From Tubiluchus corallicola (taxonomy: Eukaryota; Animalia; Priapulida), in NCBI GenBank assembly GCA_030141605.1, contig JAQGDQ010000032.1, forward strand, positions 1-64,000: a stretch of 64,000 nucleotides of DNA, written 5' to 3'. A program made the position numbers and the translations under genes. Positions 20,613 to 34,762 of the stretch are shown here, one piece after another. How positions within the stretch are numbered: the first letter of the stretch is position 1; each line of letters begins with the position of its first letter. The notes beneath the pieces were generated by a model, which saw only the letters and a list, made by a program, of their open reading frames with translations, made no database searches and was not told where the DNA came from.

Positions 20613-23600
20613 GTGAGCGCAGGCAGCTTCATCATGTTGTTTTAAATGAACTTATCCCATCTCGCACAGAGAAGATTTTATTTTTATTAATTTAACATGT
20701 TATCGTTTTTCAGTCTGCTTTCAGTAAAACCCAAAATGTCTAAGGAAGTGCTAGATTTCAGAAATTAATTTTTTTTAATATATAATGTTTATTGTTAAAT
20801 GTTAATTGTAGGTTGTTAATTGTTTGCTTAATAAACAAAAGTTAACAAATCAACGAAAGCCTTAGAGGACTGGAAGCAGTTCTCTTGTTTAGGGGTTCAC
20901 AATACAAAAACATTTTTGAAAGTGAACTATTTACTAATTCTCACCAGTTTTCATAAAAAATCTGAGTTCGTTTATTTTGAAAGTGAATCTTTTTTATATG
21001 TATCATTGTAATTAATAATACCAGTCTTTCACAACAAATTTCTAGCACCATGAAGTCTGTTTGAATTTGCTTTTTATTTACTGTTTTTACTTGAGACTAT
21101 AGGTAGTTCAAATTTTATATAACAAGCATTTACTAGAGCATGGTAAATCTTATCTTTTTTTCACCCTTTTTAACGTTTGTGTGAAATACATTATTTTTAT
21201 TGAAAACTTACTTTTTAATCAGTAACTTCCTTAATACAGTTAGTATACTGTTTTGCCTTTAACAGAGCGAATTTTTGGACAGAATTATTTTTATAAACAT
21301 TTTGTTTGAAATCTGTTTATTCACTTTGAATAATAATGGGTGAAAAAGCATAGCGTTATGTATTTGAATTTTTGTATGTCTATTTCTTTAATTATGTTGA
21401 CTGTAATATAGTTTTCACCACGATAGTCCAGATTTAGTGTCAAATTTTATTATTTTTTAAAATAAATATGTAGGCTAACTAAATGGGTTAGTTTTATAAA
21501 TGGTATTGATTGGATGGATTGCAAACAAAAAGATTAATTTTTAGTGCCAGAAGGTTTTGAACCAGCGTACAAGTTTATAGGTACTATAATTGTTTAAAGT
21601 AAAAGTCCTAAAAATTGAAGGAATGGTTTCTGGCTGACTGTTAATAATATGCATACTTGAAAAGATCTAGTGAATTTAATTAAATATGATTTTCATTTAG
21701 AGCTTATGTATTCATAAAAATAATTTACAAACTCTTAAATGAAGACTGAAGCTATCAAACTGATAATCGATTTATTGTGACACCGAACATAATTCGTACA
21801 GCATTGCTGATTTAAAAATTTATGGTTTTGCAGCCCTTTGTGCGAGCCAAATTAACATTTCCTTGTTAAATTTCTTCAAGTAGTTTCATTGTTAAGAGCT
21901 TTGCTTTGATTAACGAGCTAATGTCCTCGCAAATGGAGAAAAGGCTACGAATTTGACAGTAATAAGAAGTGCAGTTTTTGTTTAAGCCAAAGCACCGAAT
22001 TTCACAGTAAGTGTATGAACAAATGATGATTTATTTCACTGCAGCCACTCAGCCATTTTTCATTTCTGCATTTGTATTCGTTGACAATCATTGTCGCGCT
22101 GGCAACACAAGCCATAGTTGGCAAACATAAAGATAAATATGAGCGCAGCACTGTTGCCATTTCACACTCTTCTTTAATAAACTAAATATTGAAATAATCA
22201 TATTTGACAGTAAATTTGCCTATTAATCACTGCGTGTAGCCAAGGCTTATTGTTCATGTCCATAAATTATGCTGTGTTGATATGCAAGCAAGATATGAAA
22301 AACTCTTTGCAGCAGGCTTTGTAACTCAGTGCTGAGGGGGAGCTGTTGTTGTATTAGTGCTGTTCTGTGATAAACTGAGACTTGATTCAGTGTATTGTTG
22401 TTCGATTGTACAAAAATTAAGATCTAATTTTCTTTTTAAATCAGCAGGTTTATTTGCAATGGGAGCAATTTAATTACCTCTATAATTGTTCACTATCAGT
22501 AATCTTCAGTAATATCAATTAATTACTACACATCCTGTTATAAAAATAGACTGCTAAAACACTACCGCCGCTAACTTACACTTTTATTTTAGTATTGTGA
22601 GTGCATGAAGGGTGGATGTTTAATGATCTTTCTCCATCTAACTGTTACATTGTTACTAATACTTTGCTGTATATTGTTTTTGTATGAGGCAAATAAAATT
22701 CAAATATTAGGTGTAAAGTATGCATATCGTTTAAATATGTACGTCAGAAATGAAAAACACACTGAACGCTGCTAATTAAAGTATTTATGCAAAAGTTATA
22801 TTTTTCCCCATAATTGTTTCTAACTTAATAAATTTTCGGTTAATAGAACATGTCCACAACGCAACAGACATTTCGATGGATACATTTTTGGTTTTTTAAC
22901 GGTGTAGCGAGTAGTAAAACATAATTACTAAAGAACTTGCACTGATGCAAAATCAATTTTTCCCATATTTGTGTGCCTGTCTTTATTTGTGTTTGTGTAT
23001 TCAAATACACTGGTGAGTTGACAGGCGCAGAATTTTTAATTAGCTCCCATTCTTTAGTTAAATCTGCTTAGCAATTGGCATGGCTCAGGGAGATACAGAA
23101 ATTCGTGTTAAGCAGGCTTCGGTATTAATTCCGACTAATCCCGATTTGCTTTCTAGTGCCGGGCATAAATTTTACGCGAAGATTTTTGCATAATTGACAA
23201 TGTCGCACAGTGCTGTCAGCATTAATTTATTATTTCAGCTGAAGCAGTAGGTTAATCCTTCTGTCGTAAGGCTTACGGTTAGGCAATTCTATACTTTGCC
23301 TTGAAACATGTTTGTGAATGACGAATTTGTTTAAAGGTCAAATTTAACGTGAAAACAAGTTTTCTTTAATTAAAAGAGCTAACTGTAACTTAAAATTTGG
23401 CTCTAATTTTATTAAATTTCATGGCTCTTTCTTATTGAAACCGGGCCTCGAAGTTGCAATTTTCTCCAAAACATTTGTTGGGTTTTGCTCGTGAAACTGC
23501 GGAAAGTCACAGTCTAACTATGGGCTCCTTGAATACCGTGTCGTTTCTGTGACACTGAATTTGTAAACAACGTAGCTAAGGGGTGTATTTCGCTGGCGTC

Positions 23601-25865
23601 ATCTATTGAGTAAAACGGGCGAAACCAATTTCGAGATTTTCTTTGGAAATGACATCTTTACACACGATTTCTTCTTACATAAACCACCATTAAAAAGTAA
23701 AAAGTATCAGGAAATTTTAGTTAGGGTCCTTTCTTTCTACTTTGCTTTTATTTTTTGTTCTTTCTTTTCAATCTGTGTAAAAATGGGTATTCATAAAGTA
23801 CATTGTGTTTGGCCTTTAAATCTTTTATATTTTTGTATGCTATCAAACAGTACACATTTTTCTTTTTTTAGCGTACTCCAGCTCATCATGGCAGGATCTA
23901 ATTATAATGCTGATGGTTGTGGAGGATGGCAACTTGTCTGTTATGAATGTTAATAAAGGTAAAAACTGTGCCTTGTTTTAAAAAGCTGATTTGTGTATGG
24001 ATTGCGTAAACTAGTTTAATTCAAACTAAATTAGCGTCACATTATAAAGCATATGTGGGTCTATGCATTAGCCTATTATAGACTTATTTTCTGCCTTACT
24101 GAGCTTCCTTTACTCTTAAATTTAATATATACAAATTCAAAGAATGCAGGCCTATTTTGGAGCTTTAAAAACTGCAAGCTATGATCTATAGAAATTAAAG
24201 ACACCGTTCACATGATCACTATATCCCGTATGCTCTTTCGTGAAACACATGTGAAGCTTGACATTAAGCCTTCCAGAATACGTGGGACCGTATTTCTTAC
24301 CTGATTTAGTTATAATTTCTGTATCAGTTGCACACTTGCAGGTTGGTTATTGCAGTAGCCTTTTGCTCTAAAGAGACGTGAGCTCCCAAGGTTGAATACC
24401 TTACATGATGCATGTATTGTACACATTTATTAGAAATGTCGTGAGATCGAACAGTACTGTAATAATCCAATATGTTGGCCTTCATTCGTTTATTTGCACC
24501 TTTGCGGTTTAATGTCTGACTTAGCGTTCGTTTCTTGTAAGAACATAAAATAGGAGCAAATGGATGCTTTAGTTTATTCTTACTTAATTAAGCATGGCTA
24601 GCATGCTTGATTAAAAATTAAAATGAATATTACATAGCTGGTATTTTAAAACTGGTACCAGTGAATAGCTGTGACGTTCGTACAAAAGAACTTTAGAGGA
24701 CTGTACGTGATTGAAATTGAAGTTTTTCATGATTCACGTTAATATAGCATTGTCTGTCCTGTTAGGTTGCAAGACATTTTACTGAAATGAGTCATTAATG
24801 GGGTTTACAAAGCTGTGATAGTGTCTTGCGACTACACATTTTACACATGGTATGTGAAACAATAATTTTACTCCACTTTTGGTAGCAGGGATTATCGGTA
24901 AGGTATGGCAGTATATGTTCAATGTCTTTTTAGAAAAATGCAAAGGGAAGAATTTGGTAGGTTCATTGATCGAACTGTTGGGTGGGAAAAATTGAAGGGT
25001 AGATTCAATTTTTTGCTTACAAGAATTCGCATATGAATTTCTTCAGTCAATGGCTTATTCTCCATTTACTTTCATTATACAAGGAACCATAGATTGGGGA
25101 ATTTAGTTTAGTGCAAAATTTTAATACAAAGCTTTTATTGACATACATCTTATTAGGTAGTTTTTTCTTACCTTATCTTTGTTCTGGACTTGTGTTAGTC
25201 TAGTGTAGATAAACCTATAAGATGAACACAAGAGATCAGCGATGATATCATCATTACCTCACTTAGGTTTGCAGTGTATTCTTAATTATCTGTCGCAAAG
25301 TCACTGCCAGAGTTGTTAATGGTCATTGATTTTTTGCTCTTATAATAACAAACGTGTGCATGGGTTCTTTTTGTTAGGAAATCATGCCTGTGCTAAGCAA
25401 ACAGGAATATTTATCTATCTTTTGCAGAAAGTGATAGGTCATAGAATAGTTTCTGTAGCATTTTGACAACTGTTGTTTATATCTACAAGTACTGTAAAAA
25501 ACGACTCAAATTGTTGTGTAGAAGAAAAGGACCTAATTAGTTTTCATTAGCAAATTATGTCGTTCAGGATACAAGTCTGTGAGAAATAAGCTGTTGATAA
25601 GGGTGGAATTTCCCAAACCTGATTCACCTGTAAACACAGAGATGGTGTAAATAAAATAATTTTAATTAGGAAATTAGCAAATTAGTTGCCCATGTTTGAT
25701 CAGTTGGTTTAACTCAGTAGAGGCACTTTTGTTTTTACCCAGATTCCTGTGACACCTGGTCACACTTCGAAAGATTTCTGAAATAACACTATTTCTTCTT
25801 TGCTGTTATTTGAAATTGTTACAAAAAACTCATTTTAGGCTCCCAATGCCCAGTCTTTGTTATTG

Positions 25866-26520
<655 letters not shown>

Positions 26521-27853
26521 GTTGTTTGTGATCTGTGAATTGTAATTGAGAAGAAGCATTTATTTTAGCAGGAATAAACTTGTAAATAAAGAAAATTAAA
26601 ATAATTATTTAATATATATCAAAAAATACATTTATTCAATAGCAACTTCTAAAAAATTGATCTTTTATGTATCTTTACGAGATCCTCTAATATTATTTAA
26701 ATAACGTAATTCAATTTTAGAGCGTATCATTGCAAAAACGGTCGAAAGTTTTAGTAGCTGCAGTTATGTCGTGCTCACTCACTTTCCCAATTTTTTAAGA
26801 ATTTAACTTGCAGTAAGCTGCACAAAGGGCTTTCGTCGATTTTATCGGTATTAGACTATGAATTTTTAAATGTTACAAGGTTGTTTAGTTGCAGTTGTAA
26901 ATTGTAATTCTCCGGTATTCTCAGTTTCTTCGTGTGACAGACAAATTTTCTTGTGCTTTAAAACTTGGGTGCGTGTCTCTTTCTTGCTTTTGTGTTTCCT
27001 CACCCATTATTTCTTTCTACGCCTCTCTTTCTAGCATCTCATCGATGATGTATACAAATTAAACAATCAATGTTCCAACTTTTCACCTGCTTGTTATTTT
27101 CCGTTTTTTTGCGTTTGGGTAGGCTGTCTGAATTGTCGCTGGGTACGTGCAAGATAATCAGCACAAATGCATCATTAAGCATATCGAATGACGTTTATCG
27201 TAAAAAAATGAGAGGAATATTGTTTGGCAAACATTTTTTAACCATTTATGGAAGATACTAAAATTTTGCTACAAACAAGTTGGTCAATATTGTGTGAAAA
27301 GACAAGAATGAACAGATGCTTTTTTGGCAGTGCTTAAAATATCAATTTCTTAGATGAAATACACGGACTATTATAGCTAGGAACTTAACGGCTGCTTTCG
27401 CTTGTAAATGCTTGTTTAACATATTGTGTAAATTGATCACCCCGGCTCTTTAATTTATAATTGATTCAGCAGATTAGAGAGGAATTTTTAATGTTTAAAT
27501 GTCCTGCAAACTGGCAGACTCTAATGTTGCATGTGAGGGACTGGAAGAGAAATCTACACCTTTCATCATCAGCAGCTGCGGAAATAATTGTGTACTATGT
27601 TAACATATATTGTGTTCACCTGTCACACCTCACCTTTATTTAAACATCTCGATATAACTTCAAGTGAGATAAGAGCGGAAGCAAAAGGTGTTTGTCAATA
27701 TGTGTGTTTGTGTGTGTGTGTGTCCTACTTCATCGATAACATGTTTGAAGAAACATAGAATTACTTAGTAAACGAGGTTTCATTCAATTGTGCCTGAATT
27801 TGAGACTAGTCATCAAGGACCTACTGAAAGTGAACGTGATAGCACCCAATAGG

Positions 27854-29197
27854 ATGGGCTGCTTCTTGGTTTTTGTCTTCATAGTGTTCAGTGTCCCTTA
27901 CAACACGTATGCAGCATGTACAGACGTTAAAAACATGAAGGATCACCACTCCATGCAGCAAAATATTTCATTGGGCAGGGTACTTGGCACCTCCATCAAT
28001 GCATTACAGCCTTGTGGTTACTCACTCGACAAGAAACTGCTTCGAATAGGCATGTGGAATGACCAGTTTGAGACATTCTTCGAGGATGTACTTCATTTAC
28101 TCAGTAAAGTTTTGAATTTTTCATACTCAGTGAAATATATTGCGCGTACAGAAAACCCACGTAACTTAATCAATAGTGGAGAATTTGACATGTTTTTGGG
28201 ATTGCTGAATTTGTCGCCTGAAAGAGCTAAACACATGATATTTCTTCACCCAATAGCTTACTCTCGATTTACATTTATTATAAAGAGACCGCGGCTTCTG
28301 GGATTTGATTTAATGGATCCTTTTAGTACAGGAGTCTGGTTGCTTCTTTTGACATACAGCTTATTCGTTAGTTTTATTTTACTTTGTCTTGGACATACCT
28401 TGATGACCTATAAGGGTCATGCCGCTGAAGCGGGTTCAAACAAGGATCCAGCCTATTTTATTCAGTACACATTGTCGTCATTTCTTGGACAAGGTGGAAC
28501 TTACATACCACAGCGTTTGTCTGTCAGGATGGTTATTGGATGGTGGTGGATTTTTGCTCTCATAATGGCAGCATTGTATACAGGGACTTTAGTTAGTAAA
28601 TTATTTGTTAGTAAACAGGAATATCCTTTCACTTCTTTACAGGAGCTGATTGATAGCGAAGTGACACCAGTGACATTTGGATCACTTGCTGCTACTACGA
28701 TGTTAAAAAACAGTCCACCTGATACAGATTATGGAAAGCTGTGGACAAAAATGGTGTCTGACGGAACTGTGCCAGTGGACACTATTGAAGAGGCTCTCGA
28801 AAAAACGTATTCAGGAAAATACACTTTCTTTACGTGTGAAATTTGTGCAAAAGTATTCATTGCCAATGATTTTAAATTACACGAATCATGCAGATTTTCA
28901 TTTTCACCGATAGAATTTGACCCGTTGCCAGCGTCAGTTGCTGTTCCAAAAGACAGCAACTATACAGAGCAGTTAAACTATGGACTAACTATTTTGCTAC
29001 AGACTGGTTGGATTGAAAAACTTTTATATGACTTTTTGTTGTCAGCAGATTATTGTTTAAATTTACCCGACCAAAGTGTTAAAGTTAAGCCAGTCACTGC
29101 AACGCAACTTGTTCCTATATTCTGGGTTCTTTTGATTGGATTTAGTATTGCACTTGTAGTTGTTGTAGGTGAATGGATGTATCGCTACCATAAATGA
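27854..29197 (+). CDS. Ionotropic receptor (IR)/iGluR-like channel subunit, 447 aa, intronless, no amino-terminal domain
   Basis: Signal peptide from the first ATG (MGCFLVFVFIVFSVPYNTYA). S1 with SPERAKHMIF; PF..GVW M1; pore loop SSFLGQG; SVRMVIGWWWIFALIMAALYTGTLVSKL M3; PFTSLQEL S2; LLQTGWIEKL; M4 IFWVLLIGFSIALVVVVGE. Confidence 0.92.
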   Translation: MGCFLVFVFIVFSVPYNTYAACTDVKNMKDHHSMQQNISLGRVLGTSINALQPCGYSLDKKLLRIGMWNDQFETFFEDVLHLLSKVLNFSYSVKYIARTENPRNLINSGEFDMFLGLLNLSPERAKHMIFLHPIAYSRFTFIIKRPRLLGFDLMDPFSTGVWLLLLTYSLFVSFILLCLGHTLMTYKGHAAEAGSNKDPAYFIQYTLSSFLGQGGTYIPQRLSVRMVIGWWWIFALIMAALYTGTLVSKLFVSKQEYPFTSLQELIDSEVTPVTFGSLAATTMLKNSPPDTDYGKLWTKMVSDGTVPVDTIEEALEKTYSGKYTFFTCEICAKVFIANDFKLHESCRFSFSPIEFDPLPASVAVPKDSNYTEQLNYGLTILLQTGWIEKLLYDFLLSADYCLNLPDQSVKVKPVTATQLVPIFWVLLIGFSIALVVVVGEWMYRYHK

Positions 29198-31214
29198 TGC
29201 ATAGTTTTATCTTCCAAAAGCCTGCAGGAGATATAAGCGTTTCTGATAAATCTCAACCAAATTAATATTTTATCTGTAAAACGCCAACCATTAATTATGC
29301 AGTTAATCATTTAATCCCAGCTTTGATCAGGACTTTGCAACTGTCACTAACTTTATAAGTTTCGTGTTGTACTGGTACAAGTTTCAAGTATGTTGCCAGA
29401 TTATTGTAAATTTACAACTCTACGAATAGCTAGCACATAATCAACTAACAGTACTGACAAAATCATTAGTAGATTAATTGATCATAGTTGTAAGTTTTTA
29501 CGATTATCAATGAAAACTTTCAAGTAGTTTTCTATTTCCATGATATCACACGTTTGCTTGATGAAGCTTCCATCTCTGTTTTTGTTTTTTATTACATTGT
29601 GCAAATGTTATGTAGTGAATTTTGCCGGAGGATTTCGTCTTAATTTTACGTTTTGAGTACTGTTATAAGACTAGTAAATACAATTATAATAAATATAATG
29701 GATAACATTCACCTAATTCACTACTATTCTTTTCATAGTCACAGAAAAACTATCTTGCAGCGTATGCATTTTGCTCATTAGAAATCGTACGAGCTGTAAA
29801 CCTTTCCTCACTTTCCCACAATGGCTTATCTTCCTTTGTTTTTGGCACTTGACCAAGGCTGAATAACTCCCAATGCAAAAGAGCAAAACTCGATTTTGGC
29901 CAGACCCGAACTTTGTACAGACGTAGTTTGTGTCTCTCATAAACTTAATTATTTCTACCTAATTCAGGATGAGACGGTTGAACAAAGATTCGTTTGTTAT
30001 TCTGGGCCCTAAGATTTGGTTTAGAATGTGCTTGCCTTAACTACAGATAATTTTATCCTGTTTTGTGCCACTCAACATGACAGTTAATACGATGGGATAT
30101 TTGAAACTATATTATAAGTGTATATAACATGACAGCAAGTTTTCTTCCTTTCTAATAACTTTCAGCAACTTTGTATTATTGATAATGCTTTTACTCTGAT
30201 AATTGAGAGCTATAAATTCTTACACGCAGATGTTACAAATTGTAACTCTCGCATACTCTATTTGTTATAAGAGTATTATTTATGATAGTTAAAGTTTTAC
30301 TCAGAGCGTTTTTGTGCTTCTTCCTCCTGCCCTGTTTCATTGACATTTTCTTTGTATGTTGTAAAAATTACAAAAGCTCATTTAGCGCACGCCTACATGT
30401 ATCTTCATAATCTGAACTCATTGAAGACCTTGTCGCGTTTTATCAGAGTTGTGAAAGATTTTAATGCATAGAGTTATATTCCGTTTCTAATGCATTAAGT
30501 TGTATTTCGTTTCTAATTCACCCACATTTTAATAATGGAACCCGAGCAGAAATTTCGCACCGTATGATATTTAAGAGCAATTTAATCCCTTGTCATCAAA
30601 CACTCTCCAAATTACCCTCTTCTAGTGCCCTCTTCTCCGACATTGTGCATGCAAAATTGCAACGCGTTATAAATTTTTTGCAATTTGGTCGATTTTGCGC
30701 ATGTGATTACCATACGGCTTTATGTTGTGTGACAATGTATTAATCATCGCGCGAGTAAAGAGTTCAAATTGGTAAAATTGGAGTGAGGTTTTTTTATTAT
30801 CCGTCCTGGATTTCAGGCGCAATTAGACGCGCGATATATTATGGTTTCAAATTGGGTATTGTGGCTGGCAATCACTGTGTAGGCAGGGTTACTGCGTGGA
30901 GTGTGAACTCTGATTTCTTCTACTTATCATGTAAATTGCTTTGAATTTAATAGCAAATGAGTCCGTCAGTCAAGCTTGTTTAGTATAAGGATGTGTTGAA
31001 GCCGTGGAAAATGTGGAGGAGGATCCATGGGTTGAAATCATTCAAGCTTCTTTAGCCTTAATATACTGGAAGTTTTAAACGTAGTGGGAGGGTTTAGTTT
31101 AGCCAGAAGCGAAGCGAAGTCATTAATGATATAACAATGCCAAGGGTACAAAGAATGCTGAATAATAAAAGAGTCATTCCCATTATCTTCCTCCCCCCTC
31201 TTGCTCCCCCTTAT

Positions 31215-31223
31215 CTCTCTTTC

Positions 31224-31261
<38 letters not shown>

Positions 31262-31336
31262 TCGTTCATCGTTTGTTTTACTGTCTACTTTTGCTCTGTT
31301 GTTTTTCTTTTTGTTCTCTCAAGACCTTTCCCGCCG

Positions 31337-31408
<72 letters not shown>
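31215..31408. repeat. (CT)n ... (TA)n(GA)n compound microsatellite
   Basis: Directly visible. Confidence 0.95.
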
Positions 31409-34227
31409 TCTTTGCATTTGCACTGCGCTCTGTCCTATGTCCTATGCTGGGCTATGTGAGTAATGTTACACGTCCCGTTCGTCAGCTACGTGTCAAACAG
31501 AAAACTCTGACACGAACAATCCATATTCATTTTTCGTCGTGACTATGCCATGCAATGAATTAGACAGTGATTGGGACGAAATGAAATTTTATAAGCATGT
31601 CTCGGATTACCATATGTAAAGCAGGAGGTTTGTCACATTGCGCAAATAAATGCAATTGTTGTGTAAAACATGGCTGGGTCGTGATGAATGCATGGGGAAT
31701 GATGCATTCACAAAACTACTTTTTCTCCTCTTCTGGAATGTTTATGAATAATAATATAGTGTAGCCAAGTTGTCCTAAAGTACATACATTGGCAGAGAAT
31801 TTGTGAGGGAATAATCAGAAACGTTACCACAGAAACACATCTCCCATGGTTAAAAAGGGAAGCTCGTACTTGTCAACTCCTTTATAAACTTGGGTGTCAC
31901 AATTTAAATTAACAACTTGGGACTTGTTACCAATTCTTCACACCCATGAACGTTACCACATAATGAGGTCAAGCAGTATCAGCGAGCGTCAAGGGCAAAC
32001 AGCATTAAGGAATGCGAAAAAAGTAAACAATATCAAGGGGCTAAATAAACAAGTAGGACTCAAGAAATTTAAATTTTGGTTCTTATTAATTAAAGGAAAA
32101 GAAAAAGCAATTTTAAAGTCTGTCTCAAAAACGTTCTACATAAAGTTGTACTACTTAGCATTACGCTTACCTGCTTGGAAGACTTGTGTAACTAGAATAG
32201 AAAATTAAAAAATTAAAATGTCCAAGCAGCTGGTAAAATGTCATTGACACACCTTCCCAGTGTGCACCACTGATTCGTGATGAAAAAACACATTATTGAT
32301 CTTATTGACAATATAAGGGAATGCCGTGATTATTTTTTCAATCATCACGAAATGTAATCTTAACTTGTTTCAAACGGCTTACCGTTAAAATGGCTCTGCC
32401 TAACGGCCATAGTGGGAGTTTAAATTTTCAAGTTTTATATATCATCATCTTCACTACCATAATCGGCGTCATCGGCATCATTTTCGTCATCGACATCATC
32501 ATCGTCATCAATTATTATTCCTGATGATAAATGGTTTACACTTTTTAATCGTTGACGCTGTTTGAAATTTTTCGGCGTTGTAATTTCATTACTTGATCCT
32601 ATTAATGATTCTTGACGTCTTTTGACGCTAATTAGTAAGGAAAGTTTTTGCGAATATCGATTTCAGTCAGTTTTTGGTTCAGTCATTCAACTCTCCTAGG
32701 CCTTCGAGTTAAATTCGCTTTTTATGTATTTTAGGTAATTGTGGAGTAATAACCTGTGGGCGCAGGTAAAGTCAGGTGTAAAAAAGGTTGCAGATTTGGA
32801 TCTGAATTCGTTCAGTCTTGCATAGCTTGTTTCTATCATTCACTCTCTAATCCGCCTTTCTTTAGTTTAGGGCTCACACTAAACAGAGCTTTGACCTGAT
32901 GACATTAACACTTGTTTCAGCGATAAGGAGAGTTCTATCTGCAGGCGCTAAATTACCGAGTACAATGTCACATTCAAATTGCGGGTCAAATGAGTTGATT
33001 AAGCTTTAACTGTACAGTGCACGTGGCCCGAGGATAATAAGAATTTTAGAATCTAATCGAACAAGGGTAAAGGGTTAGCGTTTAATGTTCCCGCATGCCG
33101 CATGGAGAAATGGTCCGGTCTGGCATGGTATGAATTGAGTTCGTAAGATCTTCTTGGGTTAACTGTCATATCGAATGGTTAAGTGGTTTGATCTTGAGCG
33201 CTAAAGCATAATTATACTGTTGAAAGGAGCACGCAGTTTTTTTTATACATCACTGAGTATGGCAATCGCTCTGGTGATACATACCTGCCCATGAAAAAGA
33301 AAGACAAGAAAATGGAGGAGAGGTTGTTGGAACATTGACACATTTATATTACTGAAGTTTTTTGACTTTTCGTTCCACGGTGCGTTCTCAAGCCGTTATA
33401 ATTATTTGGAAGAGCTTTGCCGTTATAATATTCTGATTACATCGTAGGTATGGACAAAAATTGATAATATGACATTTATGACTGCATAACTTACTGAAAT
33501 GATAAATTATATCTAGAGCTTCAGTGATGTAAGTTGTAGCGAGGAAGAAACTTTTCAATGCTTGTTTTTATTAAAGAATTGTTGACGTATTAGGCATTAT
33601 AATCATTTTGGAAAGAGTTTAGCTAGAGGTGCTAGACGGAAAATTGATAAGCGGTTCTTTATAAAATTCTGGTTGTTTCGGATTTTGCCTTTTTTGCAGG
33701 TTTTCACCAAGTGATATTTTTGTCACCGCGAATGCCTGTCAGTCTCAAAAATGAAGCTCGATTGAACCGAAGTGAAACGTGATGCAGGAATTTATACTGC
33801 TATGCATACGAAACTAAGTTATCAAATGAATAAATCAAGGCTATTACTGTGAAGTAGTTTGTGGCTTCTGCCAAAGACAAATCTCGGGCAAACAGTGGGG
33901 CAAATCTTATTTAAATTTATGTACTGTGCATAAAAATCCAAGCTTCACTGTCAATAGCGGAAACCATTAATCTTGATTTAAGGTGAAAAGGTTTGTGACA
34001 ATATGATCCAGGAAAATTGAACGTGCTGCAAAATAAATGCGAGTTGTACATTATTATAAAACGCAATTTGTATGTTTTATTGTGCGGCGGATGAACTGAA
34101 GACATAAAATAGTCAAATGGCCGAAAAATAGTTTCTTCGTGAATTGCTTCTCTTATCAGAAGTTTTAGCCAATGTCTTTTGAATGTAAAGTACCATGAAG
34201 AAATAAAATATTCACAATGGACGTAGG

Positions 34228-34431
<204 letters not shown>

Positions 34432-34621
34432 ACTAAAATGAATTTATTCGTGTTTTCTCAAGTTTATCAGTGATTAAATGCCGGAATGAACGGAGGAAAA
34501 ATTAAGAAAAGTTGTGAATTTCTTTTACACTTTAGAACAGTATCTTTTAAAAGAGTGTAATTTTCAGTGTGAAAAATAATATTGATGATTGTAATAACCG
34601 TGTCTGTCGTAAAGCGACAAC

Positions 34622-34762
34622 AGTCATTGAGTAATCATTCAAATAAACGATTTTTTACTTTTTTTGAACGTCGAGAGAGTCAGCGCGTCAATAGTCATTG
34701 AATAATCATTTAAATAGATGGTTTTTTACTTAATTGAACGTCAAGAGCCTCAGCGCGCCATA
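34622..34762. repeat. Two-copy ~70-bp tandem duplication
   Basis: agtcattga.taatcatt.aaata.a...ttttttactt...ttgaacgtc.agag...cagcgcg.ca occurs twice, head to tail. Confidence 0.85.

Noticed and set aside
34622-34762. CRISPR-like repeat
   Set aside because: Only two adjacent ~70-bp units with no spacers, in eukaryotic DNA, and no cas genes.
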